DNA of 64,000 nucleotides from Ignavibacteriota bacterium (GTDB taxonomy: Bacteria > Bacteroidota > Ignavibacteria > UBA10030): the NCBI GenBank assembly GCA_963701295.1, contig OY969585.1:960827-1024826 (forward strand), read 5' to 3'. This document shows positions 1-11,402 of the stretch, in pieces (positions within the stretch are counted from its first letter, which is position 1; each line of letters begins with the position of its first letter). The notes beneath the pieces are model-generated. The model made no database searches. It was given only the letters and a program-made list of their open reading frames with translations, and was not told the origin of the DNA. The position numbers were made by a program, and so were the translations under genes.

Positions 1-567
1 CAAATCGTCGGACTTCCAGAAGGAATTACCGTCGTATCAAGCTTTTTCTTAATGATTTTTCCGAAAACAATTTACTCATTTGCCGATTGTGCTGTAGTAC
101 CGGATCCAACCTCAGAACAACTTGCTGATATTGCAATTTCAACAGCAGAGAATCACAAAAAATTGACAGGCGAAGAACCGCGTGTAGCCTTGCTCTCATT
201 TTCAACAAAGGGAAGTGCATCGCATGCGCTTGTCGAAAAAGTACAAAAAGCAACTCTTCTCACAAAGCAAAGAAATGCAACCTTGGTAGTAGATGGGGAG
301 CTGCAACTTGATGCTGCCATTGTCCCTTCCGTCGGTTCAAAGAAAGCACCTGGCAGTCCAGTTGCAGGAAAAGCAAATGTGCTGGTATTTCCAGACCTTA
401 ATGCCGGTAACATTGGATATAAATTGACTCAACGACTTGCAGGGGCAGAAGCAGTCGGTCCGATCATTCAGGGATTGAAAAAACCTTGTTATGATCTCTC
501 GCGAGGTTGTAGTGTGAATGATATTGTAAGCGTCGTAGCAATCAATTCTGTCGCGGGAGCTGTTTAA
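1..567 (+). CDS. pta: phosphate acetyl/butyryltransferase, C-terminal part (5' end outside window)
   Basis: Frame 1 is open from base 1. The C-terminal motif ...KKPCYDLSRGCSVNDIV... is typical of the Pta/Ptb family. Confidence 0.7.
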   Translation, partial: QIVGLPEGITVVSSFFLMIFPKTIYSFADCAVVPDPTSEQLADIAISTAENHKKLTGEEPRVALLSFSTKGSASHALVEKVQKATLLTKQRNATLVVDGELQLDAAIVPSVGSKKAPGSPVAGKANVLVFPDLNAGNIGYKLTQRLAGAEAVGPIIQGLKKPCYDLSRGCSVNDIVSVVAINSVAGAV

Positions 568-873
568 CAACCTCTTCTCCTGGTGTGTGGCGAACTCGTC
601 ATGCGTAGAGTTTAATCTCCGTGTGTGGTGTGAAAGCAGGTTTACTATTGCTGAATCGATTTTCGTTTTTGTGTGTCTGATGCTGGTGATGATATCGACA
701 TCATTCGGATAGCGTTATCTTAAAAAGCAATATTTAGACTCGATGATCGGCTTTTTCTGGTAGATGGGGTTCTGTTTAGTATGGTCATTTTTCTTCAACC
801 CGTACCAAACTAAAAACCCCGAACTATAAATTGTTTAGTGTTGCTCAGCTCTTTCTTTCATTTTTTAATGCTG

Positions 874-1902
874 TTACTCTGTTGTACGTGCAAAACGCGC
901 TTCATGCAATATCATTCGTAATGAAATCCTGTGGGTATCCCCAAGATCGTTCTCCTCATCAAACCGAGCAAACGAATAGTCAATATCAAGCTTGCGTAAG
1001 TGAAGCCCTGCACCCAATGTTAATTGCTTCACATCGTTGTAACCAATGCGTAATGCGACAGTGTTTTTATAATCGAATTCAAGTCCCATATGAGGATCAA
1101 AGCTTATTGGACCAAGATGAGCGATGGAAGCAAACTGACGATTCTCAAAGCGTACATCCACATCAATCGTTGGTGCAAAACGTCCCTGAAAAAGGTCAAT
1201 GAAATATGCTGTGCCAAGTTTAAGCGTTGGTGAAATTAATTCGTTCGTGCCAGTTGACCATGCTATAAGGGTGGTTGTCACATCCTGCACATTAGCAGCC
1301 ACAAACCAATTCTCCCTTGGTGAATAAAGTACCCCAATATCAAATCCTATCCCTGTTGCTGAAGCTTCTTCTAATCCGCGGCGTACTATTTTAAGATTGA
1401 TACCATATGTTAAGTCATCTGACACTCGCTTAGAGTAAGTAAAATATAAAGCCCAATCGGCCGAATTGAAATATGTAATTTTACTCTCATCTATCCGTAC
1501 AGCATTTTGATATTGACCCCGCGGCACATAATTTCCGTTTGCATCCACTCCAGCGTCTCGTGAATCGGGAATGCCGTCCACACCAAGCCGCATCAAGCTT
1601 ATCGCTAACGTCGTGTTAGTACCGTATGGAATTGCCACTGCACCAAAATCATAGTTTTCCATTCCACCAAATCGTTCATCATGCATAAGCATGAACTCAG
1701 GATAGTTGAGGCGTGCAAGTGCAGCTGGATTCCAGTATGCAGCCGAGGCATCATTGGCGAGGGCTGCATACGCACCGCCAAGTCCAAGCGCTCGTCCGCC
1801 GACACCGATGGAAAGAAACTCACCTGCGTACTTAGCAATTTGTTGGGCTGATACGCCTTGAACCACAATAAGCACGATTAAAATTCTTTTTAGAATCTTC
1901 AT
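874..1902 (-). CDS. FadL/PorV/PorQ-like outer-membrane beta-barrel protein
   Basis: Signal peptide MKILKRILIVLIVVQGVSAQQ. N-terminal motif IGVGGRALGLGGAYAALANDASAAYWNPAAL matches FadL/PorV family proteins. 342 aa. Confidence 0.55.
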   Translation of the reverse strand: MKILKRILIVLIVVQGVSAQQIAKYAGEFLSIGVGGRALGLGGAYAALANDASAAYWNPAALARLNYPEFMLMHDERFGGMENYDFGAVAIPYGTNTTLAISLMRLGVDGIPDSRDAGVDANGNYVPRGQYQNAVRIDESKITYFNSADWALYFTYSKRVSDDLTYGINLKIVRRGLEEASATGIGFDIGVLYSPRENWFVAANVQDVTTTLIAWSTGTNELISPTLKLGTAYFIDLFQGRFAPTIDVDVRFENRQFASIAHLGPISFDPHMGLEFDYKNTVALRIGYNDVKQLTLGAGLHLRKLDIDYSFARFDEENDLGDTHRISLRMILHEARFARTTE

Positions 1903-2081
1903 ATATCACCAAAAATAAAAATACCGAACTCGCTCAGTCGCTGCGTGGTTCGGTGGATAACAACGTTCGAGAATGAGTGACGATGCACAAAACCAGCATT
2001 TCACAACTCTCTCACAATTGTCTCTGCGCGGTAATCCTTTCTTTGAATATAAGGTAGAAGATTCCTTTGAGAGAATCAAGC

Positions 2082-3869
2082 CTACTCGACACGCTCTGCT
2101 CCCAATTCACGCTTGAGCATAGTAAGGATTGGATGTTCCTTTATTGTTTGTACATCCAGAGAAGTTCCCTTTTCCTCGTTTCTTTTGCCATTATTTAGCC
2201 CCGATGTTGTTACGTAGACCGGTTTGACTGGAAGGTCATTACTCGAAAGCAGAACCGGTTCGATGGCTATCTGTTTGCCGACAACTTGATGAAGGGCGCT
2301 TACCAAGAAATTCCTATGACGTTTGAGTGTTGAAAAATGATAAGCGTCAGGGCAGGAAATGCGTACAATCCCGCTATGGACATCTATCACTTTTGTTTCC
2401 ATTAACAAGGTGCCTACTGCAATGTGCGTTTTTGATACATCGCTCACGAAATCAGACCATCGTGCAATCACTTCTTCTGATGAAACGGATTGAATGGGGG
2501 TGGATGATGCAGCAACTTGTGGAAAGGAGTATTCTGATTTGTCGAGTTTCGATACGCCTGCCAGCTTCATTAAATCAGTTCCCATGATTGATGAATAGCT
2601 GACAGCTGATTTACTACTCAGATAACCCGCACCAACCTCGCCCATCACTTTGAGTTCGGTGGAGGGAGAATTTTCACGCTGGGATGAATCGGCGGCGCTC
2701 TTCGATAAACTGTTGTTGCTATTTTTACTTATTTTTTTTTTCAATAATTCAATTTGTTGAAGTAATTCACCAATCTGTATGGAGCTTTCCATTTTCACCA
2801 TCTGAATCAATCCTGCTTCAAGGCGGTATCGCGGCTGTACCGCCCACCGAAGCGCCTGATCGAGTTCATTCGTTTGTTTAATATAGCGAAGAATATCCTG
2901 CTCGGGAAATTGATACGCCACTGCTTCATACCGCTTTTTATAATGTTCGGATACCTCAATAAGCTGCGTAGATTCTGTTGAACGCACAACAAGTAAATTG
3001 CGGAGATGTTCTGCTAACCCACCGATAAACTCACGTAAGTCGTACCCACTCTTAATGACTTCGTCTACTAATTGAATGGCTTCACGTATGTTATGATTTT
3101 TCAAAATGTCGGATACGCGGAAGTAGATATCCTGATCGACCACGTTGAATGCTTTCAGCAGTTCGATGGTTTTAATATCTGTGCCGCAAAACGAACGTAC
3201 TTGATCAAAGATGCTCTGTGCATCCCGAAGGGATCCATCGGCACGCTTTGCTATCGCCACAAGCGCATCTTCTTCGATGGTAATCTGCTCTGCATTTGCT
3301 ATAGCGGTGAGCGTGCTGACTATTTCTTCTATTGCGATACGGCGGAAATCGAACCGCTGGCACCGAGAAAGAATAGTCATCGGGACTTTATGTACTTCTG
3401 TTGTAGCAAAAATAAATACCACATGCGTTGGAGGTTCTTCTAACGTTTTCAGAAGCGCGTTAAACGCTTCTTTTGTCAGCATATGTACTTCGTCGATGAT
3501 ATAGATCTTATAGGAACCGTGAGTCGGTGTGTAACGCACGGAATCCCGTAGGTTGCGAATTTCTTCTACGCCTCGATTCGATGCACCATCGATCTCAATA
3601 ACATCAAGACCACGACCTTCGATAATTTCCTTGCAGATTTCACATGTGTTGTCAGGATTTTGATTGATGGGGGAAAGGCAGTTAAGGGCACGTGCAAGAA
3701 TGCGGGCAGTCGTAGTCTTACCACACCCACGCGTTCCACTAAATATGTACGCATGAGCAACCCGGCTGGATGCAATTGCATTTCGGAGCGTATTTGTCAC
3801 ATGACTTTGACCAACGACATCGTCGAAGATCATGGGTCGCCATTTACGCGCTGTGACCTGATAACTCAT
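2082..3869 (-). CDS. dnaX: DNA polymerase III subunit gamma/tau
   Basis: N-terminus [16 protein letters not shown]...[16 protein letters not shown] contains the Walker A motif of the clamp loader. Confidence 0.9.
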   Translation of the reverse strand: MSYQVTARKWRPMIFDDVVGQSHVTNTLRNAIASSRVAHAYIFSGTRGCGKTTTARILARALNCLSPINQNPDNTCEICKEIIEGRGLDVIEIDGASNRGVEEIRNLRDSVRYTPTHGSYKIYIIDEVHMLTKEAFNALLKTLEEPPTHVVFIFATTEVHKVPMTILSRCQRFDFRRIAIEEIVSTLTAIANAEQITIEEDALVAIAKRADGSLRDAQSIFDQVRSFCGTDIKTIELLKAFNVVDQDIYFRVSDILKNHNIREAIQLVDEVIKSGYDLREFIGGLAEHLRNLLVVRSTESTQLIEVSEHYKKRYEAVAYQFPEQDILRYIKQTNELDQALRWAVQPRYRLEAGLIQMVKMESSIQIGELLQQIELLKKKISKNSNNSLSKSAADSSQRENSPSTELKVMGEVGAGYLSSKSAVSYSSIMGTDLMKLAGVSKLDKSEYSFPQVAASSTPIQSVSSEEVIARWSDFVSDVSKTHIAVGTLLMETKVIDVHSGIVRISCPDAYHFSTLKRHRNFLVSALHQVVGKQIAIEPVLLSSNDLPVKPVYVTTSGLNNGKRNEEKGTSLDVQTIKEHPILTMLKRELGAERVE

Positions 3870-3939
3870 TTCAACTCAAACCTAGAATAAGAGACACAAA
3901 CATGAGAAGGATACAGAATTCAGAACCTAGAATCCAGAA

Positions 3940-6363
3940 CTATTTTTTCTTTTCTCTGTTCTGCTTTTTACCATCTTTTTTATTCTCATCAAACACATAT
4001 TTCATTGCTTCTTCAAGCGTTTCGACTGTACTAATTTTTAATCCTTCTTTCACTTTGTCGGAAATTTCTGTGAGATCCTTCATGTTTTCTTTTGGAATCA
4101 ATACCGTTTTGATACCGCTTCGCTGGGCTGCAAGAAGCTTCTCCGTCAATCCACCAATGGGAAGGACGTTCCCGCGGAGAGTGATTTCACCTGTCATTGC
4201 TACGTCGTTTCGTGCCGGGCGATTGCTTGCCGCAGATATGATGGCCATTGCCATTGTTATGCCTGCAGACGGTCCATCCTTTGGAATTGCGCCTTCCGGT
4301 AAGTGGATATGAATCTCGCGGTTTTTATTAAACTCCGGATCAATACCAAATTTCTTTGCATTGGAACGAATATAACTTAATGCTGCCTGTGCCGATTCCT
4401 TCATCACATCGCCAAGTTGCCCTGTAAGTGTCAGACGTTCTGTGCCACGCATAATCGTCACATCAACATTGAGAATGTCCCCGCCAACGCTCGTCCATGC
4501 CAAACCGGTGACTGAACCAATGCGCGGTTGCCGTTCGGCAGCCTTTGTTCGATACTTTGGGACACCAAGATATTTTTCAACACTTTCCGGAGTAACAAGA
4601 ATATTCTTTTTTGATTTTTTCTTTTCCGGCTTACCGTTCTTCTGTTGCACTAATACCATTTCCTTCGCAACTTTGCGGCAAATGGAAGCAATTTCACGTT
4701 CGAGATTACGAACACCTGATTCACGTGTATATTCCTGAATAAGTTTAAATATAGTCGCATCTTCGAACTGCACTTCGTCTGCTTTTAATCCATGTGCCTG
4801 AAGTTGTTTAGAGATAATATGCCGCTTCGCTATCTCTTTTTTCTCATGCTCAAGGTATCCCGGTAGTTCAATAATCTCCATTCTGTCTTGCAATGGCAGT
4901 GGAATAGCAAACCGGACATTGGCCGTAGTTATAAACATCACTTTAGAGAGATCGTAGTCTACTTCAATATAATGGTCATTAAACGCAATATTCTGTTCCG
5001 GATCCAATACCTCTAAGAGTGCTGCCGAAGGATCGCCGCGAAAATCCATACTCATCTTATCAACTTCATCCATCAACATCACAGGATTGATGGCTCCGGC
5101 ACGTTTCATCGATTGGATGATTTTACCGGGCATCGAACCGATATATGTGCGTCTATGTCCACGAATTTCGGCTTCATCCCGCATTCCACCCAATGAGATA
5201 CGAACGAATTTTCTGCCAAGCGCCCGAGCGATAGATTTCGCCAGCGATGTTTTACCCACACCCGGTGGACCGACAAAACAAAGAATCTGTCCACGTATCT
5301 CCTTCACAAGATTCAGCACTGCAATATGCTCTAGAATTCTGTCCTTCGGTTTATCTAATCCATAATGGTCGGCGTCAAGAATCTCTTTAACATGAGCAAT
5401 AGTCAAATTGTCCTTTGTTCGCAATTGCCACGGTATCGATATGAGCCAATCCAGATAATTGCGAGTAACCGTAAACTCAGGAGACATAGGAGAAGTTTTT
5501 TTCAGTTTACTGAACTCTTCCATTGCTTTCATTGCGACTTCTTTTGGCATCTTTGCGGCTGTTATTTGCCCTTTAAGCTTCATAAGCTCAGGAGAGGCTT
5601 CATCATCACCAAGCTCGTCCTGGAGAATCCGTATTTGCTCCTGAATGAAGAACTTGCGCTGCGACTTTTGAATATTATCCTGCACTTTGGTGTCAATGTC
5701 GCGCTCGATTTTCAGTATGTCCACTTCCGTATTGAGGATTTTTGATAGCTCATAGAGTTGATCGCGCAAAGTCTGAGTTTGCAGAACACGCTGTTTCACG
5801 TCGACGCTTTGAACAATATTTGAGGCAATATAGTACATTTTCCGTTGCGGCTCTTTAATGCCGTCATACGCCATAAGGACTTCAGGTGGAAGGTTCCGGT
5901 TGAGACGAATGTATTCTGTAAAGAGTGTAGAAACATGTCGAACAAGCGCTTCGATTTCACGACCAGCCGGAGGATCAATACGATTGATGACAATCTCCGC
6001 CTCAAGAAAATTGGGGTTGTGGACAAACTTCTTGATGTTTGCTTGTGCAATGCCGTCTACTAAAATCTTCATCAATCCATTAGGAAGTTTCAGCATTTGA
6101 AGGATTTTAGCCACAGTACCTTCACGATAAATATCTTCTTCGGAAGGCTCATCAACTGATGGATTTTTTTGTGCTACCAGTAGGATATTTTTGCCGCGCT
6201 CGAGGGATTCGCTGGCAGCACGAAGTGATGTTTCTCTTCCCACAAGTACAGGAAAAATCATATAAGGAAATACAACAACATCGCGGAGAGGTAAAACAGG
6301 AAGAATGTTTGGAATCTGATCTAATGTTTCAATGTGTTGATTGGATTTGGCAGTTTCACTCAT
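3940..6363 (-). CDS. lon: ATP-dependent Lon protease
   Basis: 807 aa. LON N-domain [18 protein letters not shown]+ GPPGVGKTS, and the C-terminal proteolytic motif [10 protein letters not shown]. Confidence 0.95.
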   Translation of the reverse strand: MSETAKSNQHIETLDQIPNILPVLPLRDVVVFPYMIFPVLVGRETSLRAASESLERGKNILLVAQKNPSVDEPSEEDIYREGTVAKILQMLKLPNGLMKILVDGIAQANIKKFVHNPNFLEAEIVINRIDPPAGREIEALVRHVSTLFTEYIRLNRNLPPEVLMAYDGIKEPQRKMYYIASNIVQSVDVKQRVLQTQTLRDQLYELSKILNTEVDILKIERDIDTKVQDNIQKSQRKFFIQEQIRILQDELGDDEASPELMKLKGQITAAKMPKEVAMKAMEEFSKLKKTSPMSPEFTVTRNYLDWLISIPWQLRTKDNLTIAHVKEILDADHYGLDKPKDRILEHIAVLNLVKEIRGQILCFVGPPGVGKTSLAKSIARALGRKFVRISLGGMRDEAEIRGHRRTYIGSMPGKIIQSMKRAGAINPVMLMDEVDKMSMDFRGDPSAALLEVLDPEQNIAFNDHYIEVDYDLSKVMFITTANVRFAIPLPLQDRMEIIELPGYLEHEKKEIAKRHIISKQLQAHGLKADEVQFEDATIFKLIQEYTRESGVRNLEREIASICRKVAKEMVLVQQKNGKPEKKKSKKNILVTPESVEKYLGVPKYRTKAAERQPRIGSVTGLAWTSVGGDILNVDVTIMRGTERLTLTGQLGDVMKESAQAALSYIRSNAKKFGIDPEFNKNREIHIHLPEGAIPKDGPSAGITMAMAIISAASNRPARNDVAMTGEITLRGNVLPIGGLTEKLLAAQRSGIKTVLIPKENMKDLTEISDKVKEGLKISTVETLEEAMKYVFDENKKDGKKQNREKKK

Positions 6364-6537
6364 AGTCTTGGTATACCGTTCACTATAAAAACAAAAGAGG
6401 GCACGTCTGCCTGAGCGGACACACCCATGATTTTCATTGTTTTAATATACCGAGGAAATGAAGGAGAAGCAAGAAAAGGTCTTCACTGAAAAAACGTAGA
6501 TTTCTCACGGACATGTATAGTTCTAATTCATATTCGT

Positions 6538-6868
6538 CTAATCACTGGCAATCGTTCCCCAACCGCCAAAATTTGAACTGTAACAATGGGTAATTGTTTC
6601 TTGCCACGCAATTGTGATATTTCTTTTCATTTGAAGCTTCTGTGTATGATCAATGAAATGCCACTTGTCTTGTGTCGTTATCAGTAGAGTATTTTGAACA
6701 TCGTTTTGAAGCCCCCTTAGGTTGTTCATGAGATCAAGTACATCATTTAATTCGTCAGCGTAAAAAAGAAGTCAATTCCTTTTTCATCTTCTTCCATCGC
6801 TCCAACCATTTGAGAAAGCACTAAAACTCGACTTGTTGCTTTCGCAGACAGGTTATCATCGTTCATTT
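6538..6868 (-). pseudogene. hypothetical protein split by a frameshift at a T6/A6 homopolymer (about 105 aa if fused)
   Basis: ORF MNDDNLSAKATSRVLVLSQMVGAMEEDEKGIDFFFTLTN* ends at 6737. The -1 frame is open from just upstream of the T-run gacttcttttttacg into the 63-aa ORF ending at 6538. A single-base indel would fuse the two. Confidence 0.3.
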
Positions 6869-6953
6869 TTTATTGTTCCTTAAAGACCATGATATCTGCT
6901 TCCTTTTGAACATTGCATTGAACAGCCTGATACATTTCAAATTCAAAGTATAG

Positions 6954-7661
6954 TCATAATGCGCTATTCAAAAATCTTACAAGCGGTGTAAGTTCTTCGC
7001 AAATATCTGAAGTTTCTTTTACGAATGATGCTCTATAACACTTCGACTCCGGCCAAGAGACTCCTACAAAGAATTGTTTGTACTTCAACCACTCTGCCAT
7101 TGGATGATTCTCTTCGTAGCCCTTAGGAATGCGTTTTAGCTTCTCCCACCCAAATGGGGCAAAGAGTTTCTTAAAACGACGAATCTCAACAATTGAAAGA
7201 AATTGTTCCCCTCGTAATGAAATTGCTTTTCGGATTTTCTTTAGTTGATCGCTGTCTGGAATATAAATACCGCCACCAACATACAGTTCTCCCGGCCCTA
7301 TTTCTATATAATATCCGGATCCAACAAATCCCTTAGGCTTTCCGCGCAGAACGAAGTGTGCAGCGATGTGAGTTTTGTACGGAGTTTTATCGAAGCTAAA
7401 TCGAATATCACGGTAAATTCTGAAAATGGCTCGCTTAGGATTAAGATCGAATTCTGGTGCAAAACGAGCAAAGTGCGTTTGCAATGCCATAATATACGAT
7501 TGCATTGGAGCTTTTATATAGCTCTTGAATTCTTCTTTATGTTTTTCAAACCACTCTCTATTATTGTTGTGCTTGAGTAGTTTAAAAAAATTTATTCCTT
7601 CCTTAGGGAATCCTTCAAAAGGTGGATAGAGATCAAAATCCATCACTGGTATTTGAGACAT
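6954..7661 (-). CDS. DUF2461/TIGR02453 family conserved hypothetical protein
   Basis: 235 aa. Motifs NNREWFEKHKEEF and RIYRDIRFSFDKTPYKTH are characteristic of this family. Confidence 0.55.
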   Translation of the reverse strand: MSQIPVMDFDLYPPFEGFPKEGINFFKLLKHNNNREWFEKHKEEFKSYIKAPMQSYIMALQTHFARFAPEFDLNPKRAIFRIYRDIRFSFDKTPYKTHIAAHFVLRGKPKGFVGSGYYIEIGPGELYVGGGIYIPDSDQLKKIRKAISLRGEQFLSIVEIRRFKKLFAPFGWEKLKRIPKGYEENHPMAEWLKYKQFFVGVSWPESKCYRASFVKETSDICEELTPLVRFLNSAL

Positions 7662-7673
7662 AATCCTGTTCTC

Positions 7674-8633
7674 CTACGAGATGTGAAATTCTTTCCCATC
7701 GATAGCAGCGCGAACAAAACCATTTGCTCGTGTCAATCTCGCTTTCGCTTCACTCAATGAAACATTTGCTTTGATCATAATAAGCGCCGATTTCACATGA
7801 AAATCTGATTTCGTTAAGTAGTCAACAGCCTCATCATACGAGATGCCTGTAATCGTCATAACTATTCTCTTTGCCCGTTCACGCAGTTTTAAATTTGTCA
7901 TTTGAAGATCGATCATCATATTTTCATAAACTTTTCCGAGTCGAATCATTGCCGTGGTAGTAATCATGTTGAGGACAAGCTTTTGTGCTGTTCCCGATTT
8001 CATTCGTGTTGAACCCATGATGATCTCTGGTCCGACTTCCGGACAAATGGCAACATCGATTGCAGAAATAAGGTCTACAAATTCCGGAAGATCAAATTTC
8101 GTGCGTGGATTTGTTGTCACGTATATTGTGCGCGCACCGCGCTGCTTTGCTCTTTTTACAGCTCCAACAACATATGGCGTTCGAAGGCTCGCGGCAATTC
8201 CACACACTACATCATTCATTCCTACTTTTTTCTTATCAATATCGCGTGCGCCATTTTCTTCTTTATCTTCAGCACCTTCCAGAGAGCAAAACATCGCCTT
8301 TTCACCACCGGCAATAATACCCTGCACCATTTTGGGATTTGTGCCATATGTCGGTGGACATTCCACTGCGTCGAGGACGCCAAGTCTGCCACTAGTACCT
8401 GCTCCAACATAGATGAGCCTTCCATTATTTCGAAACGCAAAAATAACAAGATCAACAGCTCTAGCAATATGCCCTATTTGTTCTTCGACCGCTTGTGCGA
8501 TCTTTTTGTCTTCACCATTGATGAGTCGAAGAATCTCATCAACCGATTGCGCATCTATATCCATACTAATAGAATTTCTTTGTTCAGTCATTAAGTACTG
8601 CAACTGATCAAATAATGCTTTTGTTTTGGACAA
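7674..8633 (-). CDS. murQ: N-acetylmuramic acid 6-phosphate etherase (SIS domain)
   Basis: VGAGTSGRLGVLDAVECPPTYG SIS motif and the LTEQRN start are typical of MurQ. Confidence 0.8.
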   Translation of the reverse strand: MSKTKALFDQLQYLMTEQRNSISMDIDAQSVDEILRLINGEDKKIAQAVEEQIGHIARAVDLVIFAFRNNGRLIYVGAGTSGRLGVLDAVECPPTYGTNPKMVQGIIAGGEKAMFCSLEGAEDKEENGARDIDKKKVGMNDVVCGIAASLRTPYVVGAVKRAKQRGARTIYVTTNPRTKFDLPEFVDLISAIDVAICPEVGPEIIMGSTRMKSGTAQKLVLNMITTTAMIRLGKVYENMMIDLQMTNLKLRERAKRIVMTITGISYDEAVDYLTKSDFHVKSALIMIKANVSLSEAKARLTRANGFVRAAIDGKEFHIS

Positions 8634-8667
8634 GTTCGTTTCTTTCTATTTTGTTTAACGATGATAT

Positions 8668-9405
8668 TTAGAAATGTACGACCAATATCTTTTTATCTGA
8701 AGCAATGAGTTGTTCTGAACCGTTAAAGGTAAGGTCTATTGATTGTATATTAATTTGCGGATATTTTCGTTTTGCGGTTTCTATTTCTTCTGATAAATCG
8801 CCGCCCTTAAACGCTATTAAGGCTGGGGGATTCGGATCTATTCGGACGTTTATATGAGCTTTCATCACAAATCTATTTTGGTCAATACTTTTAAGAAAGA
8901 CTTTAGACCAATAAAGGAGATCCTTCAATGGAGCAACTGCTCTGGCAATGGCAAAATCAAATTTCCTTGCATGCTCTGGTAGCGAGCCGACTTCCTCTGC
9001 TCTTCCCCACAAAGCACGTATATTGATAAGTTTTATATCGCCTATCATCTGTGATACCGCATTGATTTTCTTTCCTGTTGAATCAATGCAAAGCATAGAA
9101 AGATCCGGCCGTAAGATCTTAATTGGAATTCCAGGCAATCCACCACCTGTTCCGATATCGACAATGGCGCTATACTGTTTAATTTCTATTTTAAAAAGTG
9201 GGGAGATGCTATGCAAAATGTGATATGTCCAAACATTTTCTTCGTCTTTTCTCGAAATGATGTTGATTTTCTTATTCCACTCTAATAATAGTACTACATA
9301 ATAATCTAATTGTTCAAGTTGGTCGCTGGTTAGCGTGAATCCATTTTTTGCGCAAAGCTCGCGAAACCAAATCTTTTTCTCGGGGTGCATTATCCCATTC
9401 TCCAA
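8668..9405 (-). CDS. rsmG: 16S rRNA (guanine527-N7)-methyltransferase
   Basis: DIGTGGGLPGIPIKI SAM-binding motif. Conserved position next to mnmG. Confidence 0.85.
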   Translation of the reverse strand: MENGIMHPEKKIWFRELCAKNGFTLTSDQLEQLDYYVVLLLEWNKKINIISRKDEENVWTYHILHSISPLFKIEIKQYSAIVDIGTGGGLPGIPIKILRPDLSMLCIDSTGKKINAVSQMIGDIKLINIRALWGRAEEVGSLPEHARKFDFAIARAVAPLKDLLYWSKVFLKSIDQNRFVMKAHINVRIDPNPPALIAFKGGDLSEEIETAKRKYPQINIQSIDLTFNGSEQLIASDKKILVVHF

Positions 9406-9441
9406 TCAAAAATGTTCCGTTCCACGTGAAACAGAAAACTC

Positions 9442-11364
9442 CTACTTTCTGAGGTATACCATCAGCACAGAGATGTCAGCAGGAGTAACACCGTTAATTC
9501 TTGATGCTTGCCCAATGGACACCGGCTGGATTTTCGTAAGCTTTTCGCGCCCTTCTATCGATAACGACTTTACGTTCCCGTATTCAATATCGTTTGGTAT
9601 GTGAAGCATTTCGAATCGTTCAAACCTTTCTACTTCTTCTTTCTGCCTCTTAATATAGCCTTCATATTTCAATTCAATTTCTATTTGTTCAATCACCTCA
9701 CTAAACAATTGTTCGTCACAGGAAGATCGAAGGTTCAAAAAGTACGCGGCGGATGACAGAACTTCAATTTGGACAAATTGCGAAAGTCTGACATTCGGTC
9801 GCTTGAGCAGTTTTGCCATCTTTTCATTTTCTAAAATGAACTCTTCCCCGATCTTTCCAAAGAACAGATTGATGTCTTTCGGAGCAATTGAAAGCTGATT
9901 TAAAAAAATGAGCCCCTCTTGAATTAATTCTTCTTTCCTCCGCAGTCGCTTTATTACTTCTTGAGAAATCAATCCTAGTCGATATCCAGTTTCCATCAAT
10001 CGTCTGTCTGCATTGTCTTGCCGAAGAATCAAACGATGCTCTGCTCGCGACGTAAACATCCGATACGGTTCTTCGATTTCTCTATTAACCAAATCATCAA
10101 CCAATACGCCAAGATATGCTTCAGATCGTTGTGGAATAAGTGGTTCTTCTTCTCTAATATACTGAACAGCATTAATACCTGCCAAAATCCCCTGTGCAGC
10201 CGCTTCTTCATACCCAGATGTACCATTCACTTGACCTGCAAAGAAAAGACCATTAATAAGTTTCGTTTCTAGCGACGGTTTCAATTGATGTGGGGGAAAG
10301 TAATCATATTCGACTGCATATCCGGGCCGCAACATGGTAACATTTTCCAATCCTGGTACGGTATGCAATCCTTCTAATTGAACATCTTCAGGCAGGCTAG
10401 TCGAATATCCGTTCACATATACAACATTCGTATTATATCCTTCAGGTTCAAGAAAAAGGTGGTGTCCTTCTTTATCAGCAAAGCGATTGATTTTATCTTC
10501 GATAGATGGACAATATCGAGGACCTATTCCTTTAATTCTTCCTGTGAACAAAGGCGACCTATCAAAACCTTTTCTTAGCACTTTATGAGTATCATTGTTC
10601 GTATAAGTCAAGTACATAGAAATAAGCTTATTCGATATTCTAGAATTTTGGAATGAAAATGGCCTTGGGTTTTGGTCACTGGGCTGTTCCTCTGTCTTAG
10701 AAAAATCAATCGTATTCTTGTCGATCCTTGGTGGTGTCCCAGTTTTAAGTCTTCCGCTAATAAATCCCATTTTCTTCAAGCTGTCCGTCAAGCCATCGGA
10801 CGACTGTTCTCCATATCTTCCACCAACCGTTGATTGGGTTCCTGTATGCATTAATCCGCATAAGAATGTACCAGAACACAGGATGAATGCTTTACAATTA
10901 ATTCTGGTTCCATCCTGAAGAACCACACCTTTTGTTTTAAAATTGTATTTTATATTGGATTCCTCGGCAATAAGGACATCTTTAACGATGCCTTTTTTTA
11001 TTTCCACACCTAATTGATTTTCTACTCGCTGTTTTGCCTCTCGAGAGTACCATTCACGATCGCTTTGGCAACGTGGTGACCAGACAGCTGGTCCTTTAGA
11101 CAAATTAAGCATCCGAAATTGAATCCCTGTTGCATCGGCAATCTTTCCCATCTCTCCGCCAAGAGCATCAATCTCTCTAACAAGATGGCCTTTAGCTGTC
11201 CCACCAATCGCCGGATTACAGGACATTCTTCCAATTGCCTTTTTATCCATTGTAACCAACATTACCTGGTGACCCATTCTTGCGACAGCTAAACTTGCTT
11301 CAATACCTGCATGTCCACCTCCGGCAACAACGACATCAAATTTTCTTTTTACCGTTTCAGTCAA
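9442..11364 (-). CDS. mnmG: tRNA uridine 5-carboxymethylaminomethyl modification enzyme MnmG (GidA)
   Basis: 640 aa. FAD-binding N-terminus [13 protein letters not shown] and conserved GidA core. Confidence 0.95.
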   Translation of the reverse strand: MTETVKRKFDVVVAGGGHAGIEASLAVARMGHQVMLVTMDKKAIGRMSCNPAIGGTAKGHLVREIDALGGEMGKIADATGIQFRMLNLSKGPAVWSPRCQSDREWYSREAKQRVENQLGVEIKKGIVKDVLIAEESNIKYNFKTKGVVLQDGTRINCKAFILCSGTFLCGLMHTGTQSTVGGRYGEQSSDGLTDSLKKMGFISGRLKTGTPPRIDKNTIDFSKTEEQPSDQNPRPFSFQNSRISNKLISMYLTYTNNDTHKVLRKGFDRSPLFTGRIKGIGPRYCPSIEDKINRFADKEGHHLFLEPEGYNTNVVYVNGYSTSLPEDVQLEGLHTVPGLENVTMLRPGYAVEYDYFPPHQLKPSLETKLINGLFFAGQVNGTSGYEEAAAQGILAGINAVQYIREEEPLIPQRSEAYLGVLVDDLVNREIEEPYRMFTSRAEHRLILRQDNADRRLMETGYRLGLISQEVIKRLRRKEELIQEGLIFLNQLSIAPKDINLFFGKIGEEFILENEKMAKLLKRPNVRLSQFVQIEVLSSAAYFLNLRSSCDEQLFSEVIEQIEIELKYEGYIKRQKEEVERFERFEMLHIPNDIEYGNVKSLSIEGREKLTKIQPVSIGQASRINGVTPADISVLMVYLRK

Positions 11365-11402
11365 GATTGAAGCTCCATTCTTGTTTCACGTGAAACTATA
11401 GT

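Noticed and set aside
1903-2081. Possible SRP RNA (ffs) next to dnaX
   Set aside because: ffs is often dnaX-linked, but the conserved GGAAGCAGC/domain IV motif is absent here and in the other nearby intergenic regions.
6813-6842. A CIRCE-like inverted repeat GAAAGCA-N16-TGCTTTC upstream of lon
   Set aside because: It is only 7 bp and does not match the TTAGCACTC-N9-GAGTGCTAA consensus. It lies about 450 bp from the lon start, inside the frameshifted small ORF.
7954-8412. A 152-aa plus-strand ORF inside murQ
   Set aside because: It is antisense to a well-supported gene and has no recognisable motifs.
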